DNA of 64,000 nt, from contig CBFFRP010000066.1 of the NCBI GenBank assembly GCA_965644295.1, forward strand, positions 489,344-553,343, given 5' to 3'. The position numbers and the translations under genes are program-made. This document shows, piece after piece, positions 62,586 to 64,000 of the stretch. Source of the DNA: Paraphysomonas bandaiensis (lineage: Eukaryota; Protista; Chrysophyceae). The stretch's first letter is position 1. Each line of letters begins with the position of its first letter. The notes under the pieces were generated by a model. That model saw only the letters and a program-made list of their open reading frames with translations. It did no database searches and was not told the DNA's origin.

Positions 62586-63120
62586 ATGAAAATTAGAAAA
62601 AGTTATAAAATTGTTGTAAGGCAATAACAAGCCACAAGTTGATAGTAATGATAGTGTTATTAACTTGTTTTATCAGAGGTTATCTGTGATAATAATGACT
62701 AGCATTCTAATCTGTCTTCTATCACAGACTACACCTACAGCTTACACTTTGGACATATATATGCCCTTACACTATACTAATCCACTGTACATATTGGACT
62801 GTACATATCCTACACCGTATTGTCATCATACACCGTATAATGGTATACCGTTACCCTACTGTAGCTGGCTGTCTACACTGTATATATCCTGTATACTATA
62901 CATCCACAGTATAGTGCAATATACAGCAGTATACTATCAAACCAAGCTTTCACTCCAATGACAGCCAACCTCCTATACGGGGATGACAACACACCCTCCT
63001 ATGTTCAGTCCAACGCCTGATCTCCTCTTTTCGTCCATAAAATATGAACCTATAAATAAATATTAAATACCGTGACATCAATCGGCTATTGCTCGACTAA
63101 GTCACAACCGCCCCCCCATA

Positions 63121-64000
63121 ATGCTCTGTGTCATAGGCTTAAACCCAAATGATACGCAGGCCTTTGCCTATAGACAACAAAAAGTGCTCTGTGTCATAGG
63201 CTAAAACCCAAATGATACGCAGGCAATTGTCTATAGACAGAATAAAAGAATGCTCTGTGTCATAGGCTTAAACCCAAATGATACGCAGGCCTTTGCCTAT
63301 AGACAACAAAAAGTGCTCTGTGTCATAGGCTAAAACCCAAATGATACGCAGGCAATTGTCTATAGACAGAATAAAAGAATGCTCTGTGTCATAGGCTTAA
63401 ACCCAAATGATACGCAGGCCTTTGCCTATAGACAACAAAAAGTGCTCTGTGTCATAGGCTAAAACCCAAATGATACGCAGGCAATTGTCTATAGACAGAA
63501 TAAAAGAATGCTCTGTGTCATAGGCTTAAACCCAAATGATACGCAGGCCTTTGCCTATAGACAACAAAAAGTGCTCTGTGTCATAGGCTAAAACCCAAAT
63601 GATACGCAGGCAATTGTCTATAGACAGAATAAAAGAATGCTCTGTGTCATAGGCTTAAACCCAAATGATACGCAGGCCTTTGCCTATAGACAACAAAAAG
63701 TGCTCTGTGTCATAGGCTAAAACCCAAATGATACGCAGGCAATTGTCTATAGACAGAATAAAAGAATGCTCTGTGTCATAGGCTTAAACCCAAATGATAC
63801 GCAGGCCTTTGCCTATAGACAACAAAAAGTGCTCTGTGTCATAGGCTAAAACCCAAATGATACGCAGGCAATTGTCTATAGACAGAATAAAAGAATGCTC
63901 TGTGTCATAGGCTTAAACCCAAATGATACGCAGGCCTTTGCCTATAGACAACAAAAAGTGCTCTGTGTCATAGGCTAAAACCCAAATGATACGCAGGCAA
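63121..64000. repeat. 129-bp tandem repeat made of alternating 62- and 67-bp related subunits; runs off the window
   Basis: Subunit A starts at 63121 and 63250, subunit B at 63183. About 6.8 apparently identical dimers. Confidence 0.97.

Noticed and set aside
63121-64000. CRISPR-like repeat/spacer array
   Set aside because: The two variable segments simply alternate; it is a dimeric satellite.

Overview
Eukaryotic nuclear DNA, not prokaryotic. It has many short (~45-60 bp) GT-AG introns, and the gene set (Tudor-array protein, CPW-ankyrin protein, R1R2R3-MYB, LRRC9-like, oomycete-type hAT remnant, Copia gag-pol) points to a stramenopile-like protist (inference). About 16 host genes are supported, several in head-to-head pairs. 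Transposon debris is concentrated in the convergent 3' gaps. The most striking structure is at 14174-14847: two Copia-type LTRs in inverted orientation, joined by a reverse-transcribed, folded-back copy of a mature CCA-tailed initiator tRNA-Met. That copy carries a T at the m1A58 position, and the unit is flanked by a perfect 5-bp target-site duplication (TSD). Other notable items: a SINE-like retroposon family with 11-14 bp TSDs, a fixed non-tRNA 5' end and a possible HDV-like ribozyme; a receptor with two Venus-flytrap domains on a TRP/FLC-like membrane domain; a gene built from triplicated exons with an unrecognised Cys/His motif and a 2.3-kb intronic satellite; a HET/TIR-like-TPR protein; and several satellites. 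All gene models and domain calls were made by eye, without searches.
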